From Mobula hypostoma (lineage: Eukaryota), in contig NC_086118.1 in the NCBI RefSeq assembly GCF_963921235.1, positions 27,406,001 to 27,470,000 on the forward strand: a stretch of 64,000 bases of DNA, in the 5' to 3' direction. Below, piece after piece: positions 1 through 12,974 of the stretch. Numbering within the stretch: position 1 is the stretch's first letter; the number at the start of each line of letters is the position of its first letter. Position numbers and translations under genes: made by a program. The notes beneath the pieces are model-generated. The model ran no database searches. It was not told where the DNA came from and worked only from the letters and a program-made list of their open reading frames with translations.

Positions 1-7
1 CCTCTAG

Positions 8-160
8 TTCAGTGGAATCCTGAGGCATATGTCACATCATGGCTGCAGTACCACAGATCAGCAGATGACACCAGGACAAGAGTTGCTTCAGACCCCTGAA
101 CACATATTACGCCTGATCCTTTGTGGAAATTATTGTGAAACTTCTCATTGGTGGCATTTG
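8..160 (+). CDS. Candidate internal coding exon of an unidentified host gene (153 nt, phase 0/0)
   Basis: CCTCTAG acceptor ends at 7 and a consensus GTAAGT donor starts at 161. Only one frame is open: FSGILRHMSHHGCSTTDQQMTPGQELLQTPEHILRLILCGNYCETSHWWHL. More GC-balanced than the downstream flank. Protein not recognised. Confidence 0.55.
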
Positions 161-452
161 GTAAGTAGGTAATTACTTTTAAATTGGTAAAATACATGAT
201 TACTGTCTTTTTCTTTACTTGCTTGATAAATATATTTTATGATAATTAGCAACTGCAACTGTGCAATACTTTGTCATATTATTAAATTAAGTATTCTATG
301 TTTTATTGTACCAGCTATACACTGAAATATAGTGAAAGGCTATAATCTTGTTAATGTCTTAACTATCATTATATTTCTATGGAGCTCTGGAATTCATATA
401 TTTCTTTCATCCTGGTTTAGTGCTTGACATTATAAGAAGCCCTATTCATATA

Positions 453-555
453 TATATATGTCACACCCAATTTGTGTAACTGCTAATTACATGAATGGGG
501 CAAGTTGCCCAGTACATGAAATGAGCAGGTACACAAATTGGGTGTGACATATATA
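453..555. repeat. Near-perfect ~100-bp palindrome (hairpin)
   Basis: 453-503 (tatatatgtcacacccaatttgtgtaactgct...ggggcaa) is the reverse complement of 505-555 (ttgccc...agcaggtacacaaattgggtgtgacatatata) with a few mismatches and a 1-nt loop. Confidence 0.9.
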
Positions 556-2554
556 CAGACAGGATATAGGAAATGGCAAGTATTTTGTCAGCTCTGGCAC
601 CTACAAAATTAGCACTGCACCCCTGGAGTTAGATGGGATTAGTTTAAACTGTTATTATGATTGAAAAAGATATCATGGGATAAAGGGCCTTTTCTGAACA
701 ATTCTATGTTTTAAGTTGTTATCGATGTTTCATAACGTAGGAACACTGATATTCATCCTGTAGCAATATCATGTCAAATATTTTCTAAGTAAGCTCAAGT
801 TTTGATTCAACTGAACTCCAATCTTGTATACAGAAACTAAGTTTCACATTAGACCAAATGTTGTAAAGGGCCCATATGATAAGAAAAAGAACTTAAAACG
901 GTGTTTCATTTTACGGCATCCTATATTACATATATTCAGAACAAACATATTTTCAGAAAGTTTTCATAGGTTTTCTTTCTGAGCAATGTAATTGCTTCCA
1001 CTGCTGCAAGCCAATTAAATGCACTTAGATGGTCTACAAGTGCAGTGGTAATGAACACAGCAGTTTTCCTCTTGTATATTCTTTGACACTGATTATCATT
1101 ACAATGGAAATGCCATCTGCTACATCAAAGCACAAAATAATGTGATACAGCAGTACATTTAAAAACAATCCATTGATCAGTGCAATATCTGAAGGTTTGT
1201 ATCACATGGATGGTTTGCACACCAATATAAAAATCTGCCAAATCGCCACTATTGTCTATAACATATGTTCTTGTACGTGGTGTCTTGAATATTTTACCAG
1301 CTGTCTTTCAGTATTTTGCAGAATAAAGTTGCTGTTTCACTAATATCCTTTGGAGTGCTCTGTTCAATTAGATGAACATGATATAAAAGTAATTTTATTT
1401 TTCTATATTTTTGAAAAATGTTTAATAAAAATGAAATAGATTATCAGTTTTATTATATGCAGATTAATGATGAAGGTTGATTTATTATAACCCTACATAT
1501 TAATTTTGAATGACTTAGTTCTGTAAGCCAGTGGTTATTATAATAATCTTGAAAATCTTGATACAGTTATCATTAAGGCGCTGTTAATGATTAGCCCAGG
1601 TTACTCATCAGAATAAGACGTGTTTCCTTCTGTCTATGAAGTGGCCCAGTGTAGAGACTGAAAGGGCAGAAATTATTTCTTGACTGCTTTCTCTCAATGC
1701 ACATATGATAGTAGTTTCGTTATCATTGAATCAAAGAAGCTCTAATCAGCTTCTGAACCTAGATTCTTTAGAAGTTAATTGAGCTGTATTTCAGAAATGA
1801 AATGCAATAAATGACATGCCATGACCTTCATACTAGCAGACTGAACCACAAAGGAAGAAACAGTGCAGACTCAAGTTCAGATGACCAGTGATCTCAGGTC
1901 GGAGGTAAAATGTTATGATCTAAATTAGCTTAAAATTTTGAAAAATGATCACGAAGCAAATGAAACCTTTGTAGTAGCTGTGCATGACTGAATATATAAT
2001 GTGAAACACTGAAAGTTCACAAGACTGAATTCAAATATTTATTTCAGTGAGGCAGGCATTTATCTTCATGTTTGGTTTTGCACAGAATAACAGAATATTA
2101 TTGTGATATAGTGATCTGATTCAACATTGTAAGGTCATAATAATATTTAGGACATGGTCCAATTTATTTTGAGTATAAAAGTCTGCAGAACAAACAGATT
2201 ATAAATCTCACTTTGATTCAGGAACTTTAATGTGCAGTAGTGCACTACGAGGGAAAGTACATCCTTAATTCAAATAAATTACTCAAGAATAAAAATAATT
2301 GTTTTCAAGTAGGAATAGCTGTTGAGAGAAATCAGTCACTGTTGCTATTAAAATTAACATTGCAAATAAATAAATTAAAATTAATTTTACTGCATATTCA
2401 TTTGTCTATGGCAGAGACCTGCTGCCAAAAATGGCATTCATGAATTTTTATTTTGCTTTTTATAATGATCAAAAGCTATATTATCTCACAGTACAATGAA
2501 AACAAATTTGGAGATAGATTAGGATAGTTGGAAAAAGAATTATCGGTGAACCTG

Positions 2555-3690
2555 AGAATCAGAATCGGGTTTAATATCGCTGGCATATGTTGTGAAATTT
2601 GTTGTCTTGCAGCAGCAGTACATTGTAAAACATAATATAAAAATTATGAGTTGCACATATATTTAAAAATTAAATTAAATAGATAGTGCAAAAAAGAGAG
2701 GAAAAATAGTGAGGTAGTGTTCTGTCCATGCAGAAATCTGTTGGCAGAGGGGGAGAAGCTGTTCCTGATACATTGAGTGTGTGTTTTCAGGCATCTGTAC
2801 CTCCTCCTTGATGGTTGAAATGAGAAGAGGGCATGTTCTGGGTAATGGGGTCCTTCGTTATAGATGTTAGATTTGTGGCAACACCCTTTGAAGTTGTCCT
2901 GGTTGCTGGGAGGCTATGGCCCATGAAAGAGGAGGCTGAGTTTACAAATTTCTGCAGCTTTTTTGGATTCTGTGCAGTGGCCACTAGATATCAGATGGCC
3001 AAGCACAAATTAGAATGCTGTCCACAGTACATCTGTAGAAATTTGTGAGTGTCATTGGTGACATACAAAATCTCCTCAAATTCCAAATAAAATAGAGGCA
3101 CTATTGCGTCTTCTTTGTAAATGCATCAGTATATTGGGCCCAGGATAGATCTTCAGCAATGTTGATACCCAGGAACTTGAAACTGCACACCCTGCCCACC
3201 GTTGATCCCTCGATAAGGACTCGACTTCTCCTTCCTGAAGTCATCAATCAGTTCCTTGGTCTTACTGACGTTGAGTGCAAGGTTGTTGTTGTGATACCAC
3301 TCAAGCAGCTGATCTATCTCAATCCTGTACACTCCCTCATCACCATCTGAATTTCTGCCCGCAGTAGATGAGCCATCGGCAAATTTATAGATGGAGTTTC
3401 AGCTGTGCCTAGCCACACAGTTGTGGGAGTGAAGGGAGTAGAGCAGTGAGCTAAACACGTATCATTCACTGTCTGTGAGGAGATAGTATCTCCAATCTGC
3501 ACAGTCTGTGTTCTCCCAGTGAGGAGGAAAAGGATTCAGTTGCAGAGCAAGGTACAGAGGCCCAGGTTTTGGAGCTTTTTGATTAGAACTGAGGATATGA
3601 TTGTGGGGAATGATGATCTGTCATCAAAAAACAGTAGCCTGACGTAGGTATTATGATTGTCCAGGTGATCCAAGGCCAAACAGAGAGCCA
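2555..3690 (-). mobile_element. Decayed Rex1/Babar-type LINE 3' fragment
   Basis: Minus-strand RT remnants (QIGDTISS..; aatttgccgatggct = FAD-like motif) similar to the RT at 33650-34310; short agaatc repeat tail at the left end. Confidence 0.65.
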
Positions 3691-4134
3691 GCTCCATGAG
3701 TTTGCTCCCTGATCAGCTATATTACAGCTGATTTGTTTTGTAGTCGTAGTTTAAGAACAGTGGCTAATTATAATTATATAATTATAAGGCTGGAGAGGGA
3801 GGAAAGCAAATGCATAGCATTTGATCACAAAGGAAGTTGAAATTCCAGCTGTTAATGGTTAATGGGGCTTTTAAGATCTCTGAGCTATGAGGGTACTGGA
3901 GTCCGTGAATAGTGATGGTCGCTCATCAGAATGGGTGCCAATGGTTTATCAGTGGATTGAGTGTCCAGGACTGTTGTGAGTTGAAGCATTGATCAGCTGG
4001 TAAAGAAGGTTAGAGGAAAGAGAGGCACATCATTCTGACATTTGCAATGTTAATATCATTATAATCTCTCATCCTGAAATTAATGTGTTCTGATCTTCTG
4101 TTATTTAATCAAATCCTTCATCAGGACTTTTTTT

Positions 4135-4752
4135 TAGATTATAAAGACACGCAGCCCTCTTTTATTGTCATTTAGTAATGCATGGATTAAGAAATGATAC
4201 AATATTCCTCCGGTGTGATATCACAAAAACACAGGACAGACCAAGACTGAAAAACTAACAAAACCACATAATTATAACATATAGTTACAACAGTGCAACA
4301 ATACCATAACTTGATGAAGAACAGTCCATGGCACAGTAAAAAAGTTCAAAGATTCTCGAAAGTCCCACATCTCACGCAGACGGGAGAAGGAAGAAAACAC
4401 TCCCTGCCATGCCCGACCACAATCTGACTCTGAGTCGTCCGAAAACTTCGAGCTCTGATCAGCCTTCTGACACCGAGTACTGAGTGCCATCTCTATCTGA
4501 AGGCTTCGACCTCAGCCTCGGTCGCCAGCAGCAGGCAAAACCGGGGATTTTGGGGCCTACCCTCCGGAGATTCTCGATCACACAGTAACAACAGCGGCGA
4601 TCCAGGCATTTCAGAAATTTCTCCAGATGTTCATCTGCTTCTCACGTCTGTCTTTATCAAATCAGAATTGTCCACAGCCCCTATTTAACAGAAATGACAT
4701 CATTTCACCGGAGAGTTGCGCGCACTGCGTCACGCTGCCATCTTCTCCTCCC
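4135..4752 (-). mobile_element. Non-autonomous non-coding retroelement (family A, AAGATGGC head, TAATC tail)
   Basis: Similar along its length to 52371-53035 and 59348-59966; minus strand starts ggaggagaagatggc and ends aaatgacaataaaagagg..taatct. Confidence 0.85.
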
Positions 4753-5177
4753 GCCTTCCACTCAATAGGACTTCTGCATTATGTTGATTATGATAATATT
4801 ATCCCTGCACTTTCTTAACTCATTCTGCCTGTATCTTGTAAAACACTTACACTAATAGAAAACAAATCCAACTCCTGGTTTTTAATTTTTGAATTATCTT
4901 TTTAAGGAGAGAATTCCAGATTTTCATTCCACTTTTTGTGATTGTGCATTTTGACATTAGTTCTGGAAAGGTCTATCTTCATTTTAAGGTTGTGCTTTCT
5001 TGACCAGGAGGTACTATACCAGTTCTAAGCTTTTATGATGCTTTATTCCATGCTGTGAATTTCCAGCTTTCACCCTGCAGTTGTGAGTTCCGTGATAAAT
5101 GTTCAGACAGCAAGAATTCTCAGGTGTGCGTGCAGAAAAATAAGGCCCTTCGTGAACACAGAGATCCAGATTATGTT

Positions 5178-5789
5178 TGTAATGCCCTGGTTCATATTTT
5201 TACTGTTATGCTGTAGGTATCTCATTTAGCAGATCTGTAAGAGAAGTCTGTTCTACTTTTAGCCTGTTTGGGCTATTGCTGAAGATAAGAGATGATGAGG
5301 AATGTATGCCATTCAATTAGGATGGTGGAACTGTGGGAGGTTTTTCTGGTGATGGACACTAAGGTTGAGCTTGGGGCTTTTGTTCGGTGGGAGATGAAGT
5401 GAGAAGACATTTGGAGAGAACAGGTGGTAGGATCCAACCTGGTGTGGGACCATGATTCGATGAAGCCAGGGGCTGAGATCGATTGAGGTTCGGTGAATAT
5501 GGTGAAACAATGAGCCCCAATTTGTGCACAATTGACTGTTTAATTAAAATGAGCCCTTTTCTTTTTGCTTTTCCTTACTATCCATTTAGCTAAGTTAAGA
5601 TTCATAAGTATAATTCCTTTAATCGTATGCAGTGTGCTATCTGTTATTTCATAGCACTAATTTGCAAATTACACAGCAACCACATAAGCTGGGGTTTGTG
5701 GTGGGAGAGGCATCTCAATCTCACGAGTTTGGCGGGACTGGAGAGTATCTTCACTAGACTTATGCAGTCAAGGAAACCAGGGGGTTTCA
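5178..5789. mobile_element. Solo LTR (probably Gypsy-type)
   Basis: TG...CA termini with imperfect terminal inverted repeat (tgtaatgccctggtt / aaccagggggtttca); flanks tgtt / tgta fit a 4-bp TSD with one mismatch; no coding capacity. Confidence 0.6.
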
Positions 5790-6344
5790 TGTATATATCA
5801 TGATAAGCACAGTAATGTTATGACAAATCACAGTTAACTTTTGTCTGAATATAAAATGTTTCATGCATTAGGATTAGATCTTGACGACTGAAAGTATGAA
5901 AAAGTGATCAATGCTCAATTCCTTTTGGGACGGAATGACATCTTTGAATGCTTGATGGCATCTGTGTTGCAACTGGATTTGAAACCAAGTTTAAAAAAGG
6001 ATTTGCTAATCTCGAGGGCCTCTACATTTTTTTTTACAAATCCGCTGAAAAACTCTTTAATTATTTGATAGGACAGATGTTTCTATATACACAGAAATTT
6101 AAAGCAGCCAGCTGAGAGAGGCTGTAGTCATGTAATACATGTTATGATGGAAGGGAATTCAGATCCAAAATAGCTCTGTTATAGCAAACATATTGTTGAA
6201 GTGTTTTGCTCCTTTTCAGCTATTGGTCTTGCAATATAGATATAACATTATCACAGTCAACATCTTAATTAACCAAATTTTAACCCCAATGTGATGACAT
6301 TTCAGAAAAAATAGGTTAAATAATGACTCCAGTTTTGTTTTCAG

Positions 6345-6700
6345 AAGTGAAGGGCGATGGTTACATGGGTACTCTGCACTGGTTCCTTAATCCTTTTCCC
6401 CTTCCTGACTATCACCCAGTCTCCTGTGTCCTGCACCTTGAGTGTAACTACCTCTCTATGTGTCCTATCTATCACCCTCTTAGCCTTCTGAATGGTCCGG
6501 AGTTCATCCAGTTCCAGCTCCAACTCCTTAACACGGATTGTTAGAAGCTACAGCTGGATGCACTTACTGCGTTTGTAGTCGTCAGGGACATTGGACGTCT
6601 CCCTGCCCTCCCACGTCCCACAAGAGGAGCAATCCACTGTCCTGCCTGGCATCTCTACTGTCTCAGCTGAGCAGATATAAACAAGGGAAAGAGAAAAAAC
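6345..6700 (-). mobile_element. CR1 LINE ORF1 5' fragment
   Basis: ORF 6341-6523 (ELELDELRTIQ..VIDRTHREVVT..DWVIVRKGK..STHVTIAL) aligns by eye with CR1 ORF1 at 24758-25081 (ELELQLNDL..VIERSYRQVVTP..KWVTVRRGK..STPVAVPL). Confidence 0.75.
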
Positions 6701-9501
6701 AACTTAACCTTGAGATTGAGGATATGCAGATTGTAGGCCCTGTGTTTGGGCCAAAGTGTGTATTAATATACCAAATTACGACCACTGTTAATTTCCAATC
6801 TTTACCTTTGAGAAATGTGGTACTTTTGGCTCTTGGAGAAAGATCAAAAATAGTTGGAAAGAATTGGCTGAATAGAAATTAAGTAATGTATTCTGTAAGA
6901 GAGAAGTGTGCCTATACCTGCCAAATTGATACTTTTGAAATTTACTCCTTGTTTCCTTAAATAGAAAAAAATACTTTTAGGAATGCATTTGGTAAGGCCA
7001 AAATTTAAATGAATTATAATTCTAAACATGCTGAGAATACCATTCTAATATCAGCAATAAAAAAGAGGAAAATAATGAAGCAGCTTCATAAATAGGCAGT
7101 GTTTGTTATACAGTATGTCTTTGTATCTTAAAAGTAGAAATGGAAAGTAATTAAACAAATCAGTGTTGTATGAACCTGTAATAAAAGGGGAAAAGGCAGA
7201 TAGAGCAACTGCTCTATGTGGGTTTCATTCCTTTGAAAATGAAGATCTGCAGCTATCAGGAGAAGAACAATTCTGACAACCAATAACTCTACAGTTATAG
7301 AGTTGAAAGTGATCTTGTATGTTTATCTGAAAATCATGAAGAAAGCTAGAACTCACTTGATTCATTTTGCATTAATTATCTATCAATGCTTGGAGTTAAT
7401 GCATTTAATAGATGCTGGACAGTTGGAAAAAAAACATTTAATGCAGATATTTATTTTTCTGTATATTATTGAGGAAGGAGTATTGGACGTTAGAATTTCA
7501 AATCTGTAGAGGCAGAAAGTCCATTACTCAACAATATAATAAAGTAGACCAAGCAAAATCAAATACTAAACAAAATATCGGCAGTAGATGTATTTTTTTC
7601 AAGATTGCTGTAAAGAACATCTGTTTTGTTGTTGGGTTGTTAATCAATATTGAAAAGGATGAATAAATAATTTTGAGTTGTTACTTCATATAATAGTTTG
7701 TGTAAAAATAATGAAATCTTTCACTTTAAGCGTATTCATTATCTGTGCATCTTTGTTTGCGCAAGAGGTATAAAATGATAAGAATCACCAATATGTCCAG
7801 TGTTGTAGACCAGGAGCTGCTTGGAGACAGCTCACTGGTTTGCTGATTTACAATTGTGACATGTACTAACAAAAACTAGTCTTGCATACTGTTCATACAG
7901 ATCAAGTCATTACACGGTGCTTTGAGGTAGAACAAATTGCAAAATGAAGTGTAGCAGCTACAGAAAAAGAGCAGAGCAGATAAACAAAGTGCAAGGTCAC
8001 GATAAAGTGGATTATGAGGCCAAGAGTCTCTTCATACAAGAACTTAATCCCTGTTGCTGGTTAGTAGCTCTGAGTGAGACTTGATCTGATTTCACTGAAT
8101 TTTACCCATCTCAGTGGTAGTTTTGTCAACATGGTAAGAAAAAAAAAGAAAGGGATTTTTGGGACCAGGAAGCTGAAAGGATTTATTTAATTTTACAATA
8201 GAATGAATAGCATTGTTTCTAGTAGTTAACTTCAAGAGATCCAGATGCTTTCTCTTGTCCACAGCTGACTGCTGCAGTGACACTGGATGAAATGCATTTT
8301 GCACAGAACTAATTTTTCAGAATTTGCAAGTTTAATAACTTTGAATAATGAGAAGGCAAAAGCTAACAGGATACAATCAGAAACTCTTCTTCCCCTGATC
8401 ATTGGAATAATGCATGTGCCTCTTAAACTGCAAAATTTGTTTTGGATTAACCCAATAAAAATGGAATTTGCATTATTCATCATAAAATGATTAACATATA
8501 TGTTTAAATCATGACAAGGGGGTTATACATGAGAGGATTACCAATCTGACTTGTATGAAAGACAAAATGTGCTTAAAATGCAAATCAGGCTAAAAAGTTA
8601 GGCTAAAAGTTTAGAGAACGTAAAAGAAATGCTACCTTATTCTGAATAAAGTAGTACCTTACTTCATATATTAAATCTACCTTCTCAATAATCAAGGTTC
8701 TTGTATATTTTCAGCATGATTTGAAGAATTAATTGCTCAATTATCACTGTTATTTCAGAGTTGCTCATATGCATAATAAGCAAATATTATGCATTAAAAT
8801 CCAGATTTATATGTTGCCAACTGTGTTTGTTAAGTAGATAATGACAAGTTGGTCATATCTTTCTATTTATATTTTTTAGCAATAGTAGCTGGGCAATGCT
8901 GAGTACAAATGGTGGCAGAGTGAGTAATTAAAAGTCAGCTTCAAAGTAGCCAACTGAGTGCCTGTTCAAACGCAGTAACAAATATGAAATATTGTTAAAT
9001 ATTTGTAATTGGTAGATTTGCTGTTTTGTTATTCTGCTTGCTTGCTCTGGGGTACAGAATATCACTTACATTGCCAGGCCACAAAAAAAATATTTATGAA
9101 AAATTATATGGGGATTCCCATAAAAAGTTGCAAAGGTGGCTTGTACATTCTTAAAAATTTAGCTTTAATGTCATTCCTCCGTCTTCCTTCAACCCAAATT
9201 AAACTTGTTACCATGAAGTTCAATTACTTCAATCAGAAGTAAGATGTTTTCATCTCTGTGAATACTACCAATGCTATAGCTTCCTGAATAACCTTTCTAA
9301 ATGTGGCTCGTGCTCCAACTTCAGAAATGCCTTTCACGCTTTTATCTGTTCTTCCTTTCCATGCTCTATGATTCTACTTCACACATAAATTCAGTGTCTC
9401 ATCTCCCATTACTGGAAAGAGACACGCCCAATTCAAAAATCCCATAATAATCTATGAATTGTCTTAAATTTGCCTTCAAAAACTCATCTCCATTCTGTGC
9501 C

Positions 9502-9745
9502 ACACATCAGATTTGCTGGTGAACGCAGCAGGCCAGGCAGCATCTCTAGGAAGAGGTACAGTCGACGTTTCAGGCCGAGACCCTTCGTCAGGACTAACAT
9601 TAGTCCTTCGTTAGTCCTGACGAAGGGTCTCGGCCTGAGACGTCGACTGTACCTCTTCCTAGAGATGTTGCCTGGCCTGCTGCATTCACCAGCAAATCTA
9701 ATGTGTGTTGCTTGAATTTCCAGCATATGCAGAATTCCTCGTGTT
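9502..9745. mobile_element. Short Penelope-type insertion made of two inverted terminal-repeat copies
   Basis: ~97-bp inverted arms around an 11-bp spacer; same sequence as the terminus of the GIY-YIG element at 34445-34582; 13-bp TSD tccattctgtgcc at 9489-9501 and 9746-9758. Confidence 0.85.
9560..9595 (-). ncRNA. Minimal type I hammerhead ribozyme motif
   Basis: Minus strand AGUC-CUGACGA-AGG-GUCUCGG-CCU-GAA-ACGU-C-GACU: stem I AGUC/GACU, core CUGANGA, stem II AGG/CCU, GAAA, palindromic stem III, GUC cleavage triplet. Confidence 0.75.
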
Positions 9746-10639
9746 TCCATTCTGTGCCTTCTACTTGATGCAAACCACTATGTTTGATCCTAACCAATAG
9801 ATTTAATACAGACGCATCTGTAATGCTGACTCATTGTAATCATTGAAGTAATGTTTTTTGCAATTTTTGCCAGAGCATTCTAATTCTCATCCAACATGCT
9901 TTCTGCTGGAGTGAAGCCAGGTCAAGAGGAACCTGCTCGACTTGCCTTCACTCCAAGAGTACTTCAGCCTCATTCATTACGTTACACAGCAGTACGCAGA
10001 CAATGCTTGTTGCATGCATACATTTGTAGGCTGAGATCCGAGTCAATGTCAACACACAGACTGAAACATTTATACAAATGTGGCTTACACTTGCGATTGA
10101 AGGTTCAAAATTAAACTGTTCCCATTATACAAAACTATCCCCTCCACCCAAAAAAGAGGTCCATGATGAGACACTGGAAATGTGGACCACATTTCATGTC
10201 CCAGGAGTTACCTTTCAATGAATGCAGATATTAATGATGGCGTTCCGCATTGGCTCTGTGTTCCATCTTTACTTTTGGGTCTCTGAGAAACTGAATTTAA
10301 TGGTTATAAATCCAAACCCAACATTATGCTCATGGTTTACTGGACGATAATGATCCCTCCCATTTGAGACACAGACTGTTTCCAATGGGTATTTTAAATA
10401 ACTGGAGATATTCCATTAATGCTATCTTTGCAAATAATCTCAAATCCACCAGCTGCTTAGCAATCAAAAGCAGCATCACACCAGGCCAATATCCTCAGTA
10501 TGGAGGCTCTAGTATTTTGAGTGAACTCTGATGATATGTTGTTATTCATATATTTATGTTGACATTCATATATACATATCAATCGAACTGCTAAAATAGA
10601 TATTCCACTCTACTTTATGTTGGATGATTGTCAGGTGAA

Positions 10640-11615
10640 TAAGGTTCAAAGTTCAAATTAAATGTATTCTCAAAGTACGTTTGTACATATATGTTACCAT
10701 ATACAATCCTGAGATTTGCTTTCTTGCTGATATACTCACAAAATCCAAGAAACCTAACAGAATCAATGAAAGACCGCACCCAACAGGATGGACAATAAAA
10801 AAACAATGTGCTAAAGACAACAAAGTGGGTACTAAAGAAAATAATAGTTATTCAATTAAATTAAAGTTTAATTGTCATTCCACTATAAATGAAGACACCT
10901 GAATACAGCTGAGTGAGACAGCATTACCCTGGGGCCAAGGTGCAAAACACAGTACCAACAGTCACACACAGCACAAAGCACACGTAACACATGCAAGATA
11001 GTAAGCACATGTAAGATATCACTAAAAATACAGTCACTCAAAAAAATAGTCCAAACCTTGAGTCCATGAATGTCGCAGAAATCTGCAGTCGACCACAATA
11101 CAGTGAGTCATCTGTCGAGCAAATACTCTGGGGGTGGGGGGGGGGTAAATAAATGACTCCAACCTGGACACATCCTTTCTCCAGGCTGCTGTAAACAGGA
11201 AACACCATGGCTTGAGGCCTAGCTATGCCTGAGGCCATGCAGCTCCCCTGCCATCCATCCTATGCTCTGCCAATAAATCAGTGAATTGGACTTCCACATT
11301 AACAATGTCCAAAAGAGTCTTGCGATCACATGACAGTGACTAAGACGGTCACTTGCTTTAGATCGCAGGTCTCCTTAGCGCATGGAATCCTCCAAAGCCT
11401 CTCTGATGCAAGCAGCAGCATGATCTGCACCAAATCCAGCTCTTTCAGTTTCTCCGCCAACAAGCAACTCGCTGATGAGGTAGACATGCAATACTCTAAT
11501 TTCTTAATGTCTAGCAGGATCTTTCAATCATTAAAAAATATATTTAAAAGGGACGGTAGCACCCTGTGTTGATCCTGGAGAGGCTATTGCGATTGAATGC
11601 GCCATCATCTTACTG
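10640..11615 (-). mobile_element. Nested, decayed non-coding retroelements with Rex1-like tails
   Basis: Tail-type junctions at ~10640 (aaggttcaaagttcaaattaaatg) and ~10860 (ttaaagtttaattgtcattc); head-like gcgccatcatcttactgga at ~11600. Confidence 0.5.
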
Positions 11616-11639
11616 GAAGACTCATTTATTTATTATTTA

Positions 11640-12070
11640 AATAAGTCCTAAATAATAAGCAATAAATATTGGGAACATGAAATGAAAAATCCTTGAAAGT
11701 GAGTGTAGGAACATTTCGGTGATGGGGTGAATGAAGTTATCTGACTAGTTCAAGAGCCTGATAGTTGAGGAGTACTAATCATTTCTGAACCAGTTAGTGT
11801 GGGTCCTGAAGCTCCTATACCTTCTTTCTGCTGGTAGTTGCAAGAAGAGAGCATGGCCAGGTTGGTGGGAGTCCATGATGATAGATGCTGCTTTCCTGCA
11901 ACAGTGCTCCGTGTAGATGTGATCAGTGATGGCGAGGGCTTTACCCATGATGGATTGGGCCATATCCGCTACTATCTGTAGTATTTTCTCTTCAAAGGCA
12001 TTGGCGTTTTCATACGAGACTCTGATACAACCAATGAATATTCCCTCCACCACATGTCTATAGAAGATTG
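11640..12070 (-). mobile_element. Rex1/Babar-type LINE 3' fragment
   Basis: ORF 11775-12170 encodes the typical post-RT region (IFYRHVVEGIFIGCI..IYTEHCCRKAASIIMDSHQPGHALFLQLPAERRYRS). Confidence 0.75.
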
Positions 12071-12974
12071 TCAAAGTTGAACAATTCAAGTATATTCTCA
12101 AAGCCACCTTAAAAAGATGTACTATTGCTGTATCTCCAACTAAATAAAATTCCTGGTCCATGGCTCTCAATTTAGAAAATTATAATCCTGGATTGAATTT
12201 TGACATAAAGTAAAAATGGTAGGAGGAACACACCATGTCCCATATCATATACCCACCCATATACCAACCTCTCAAACACATCTGTAATCTGTAGGTCCCA
12301 CACTGACCTTAAAAACTATTCAAGACCTGTGGAAACAAGCAATCTTTGATGAGCAGCAGCCTTTTATTTTTAAGTCTTCACTGTCAACTGATATGGAAAA
12401 AATAATAACTTCTTCCCTGTGATATACTGTATTTCCAAGGAATACCATGAGGAAGAAATAGTAAACTCTTCATTTTAAACTGAAAATAATAAAACGGAGT
12501 AATTGTTTTCATTATGTGCAACATGCCTACTCATTTATGGCCCTTTTTTAACACCAACGGAGAACAGCAGGTTGGAATATTATAGTTCTGTATAAAACTG
12601 TGAAAAGTTTCACGGATTAAGGATCAATTCACTTGTATGAAGCCAAAACAAAACCTGTGATAATTAATAGAAAATGTATTTAAGAATCAATAGATATTGA
12701 TTTCTATTATTTTTAATCTTTGAGGCTGATTTTCTCTCCAGGGATGCGATTGGAATTGGATTCACTTTCACGTCTTTTCATTCTTTTCTGACAGCCTATT
12801 GCAATGGTCAGCATGACACTGTCTGGGTTTTGAGTGTGCAGTGGGCCTTTTGCCATCCACACAGTGATTTTGGAATGGTGCAAGGAGGCACTGTCTGGCA
12901 GTGGCTCACTGAAATGGTGATCCATCAGAAGTTCGCTGCAAATAAGCACTCAAAATGTAAACAATGCTAAAGAA

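Noticed and set aside
8880..8919. 40-nt micro-exon candidate (attttttag..gtgagt)
   Set aside because: The only open frame is not phase-compatible with exon 8-160 directly, and such signals are common by chance.
9470..9750. Mirror-image ORFs on both strands / CRISPR-like repetition
   Set aside because: Artefact of the inverted Penelope termini; no repeat-spacer array, and the DNA is eukaryotic.
12795..12969. Open frame after a good acceptor (ttcttttctgacag), YCNGQHDTVWVLSVQW..
   Set aside because: No convincing donor and no recognisable protein; cannot be supported without RNA data.
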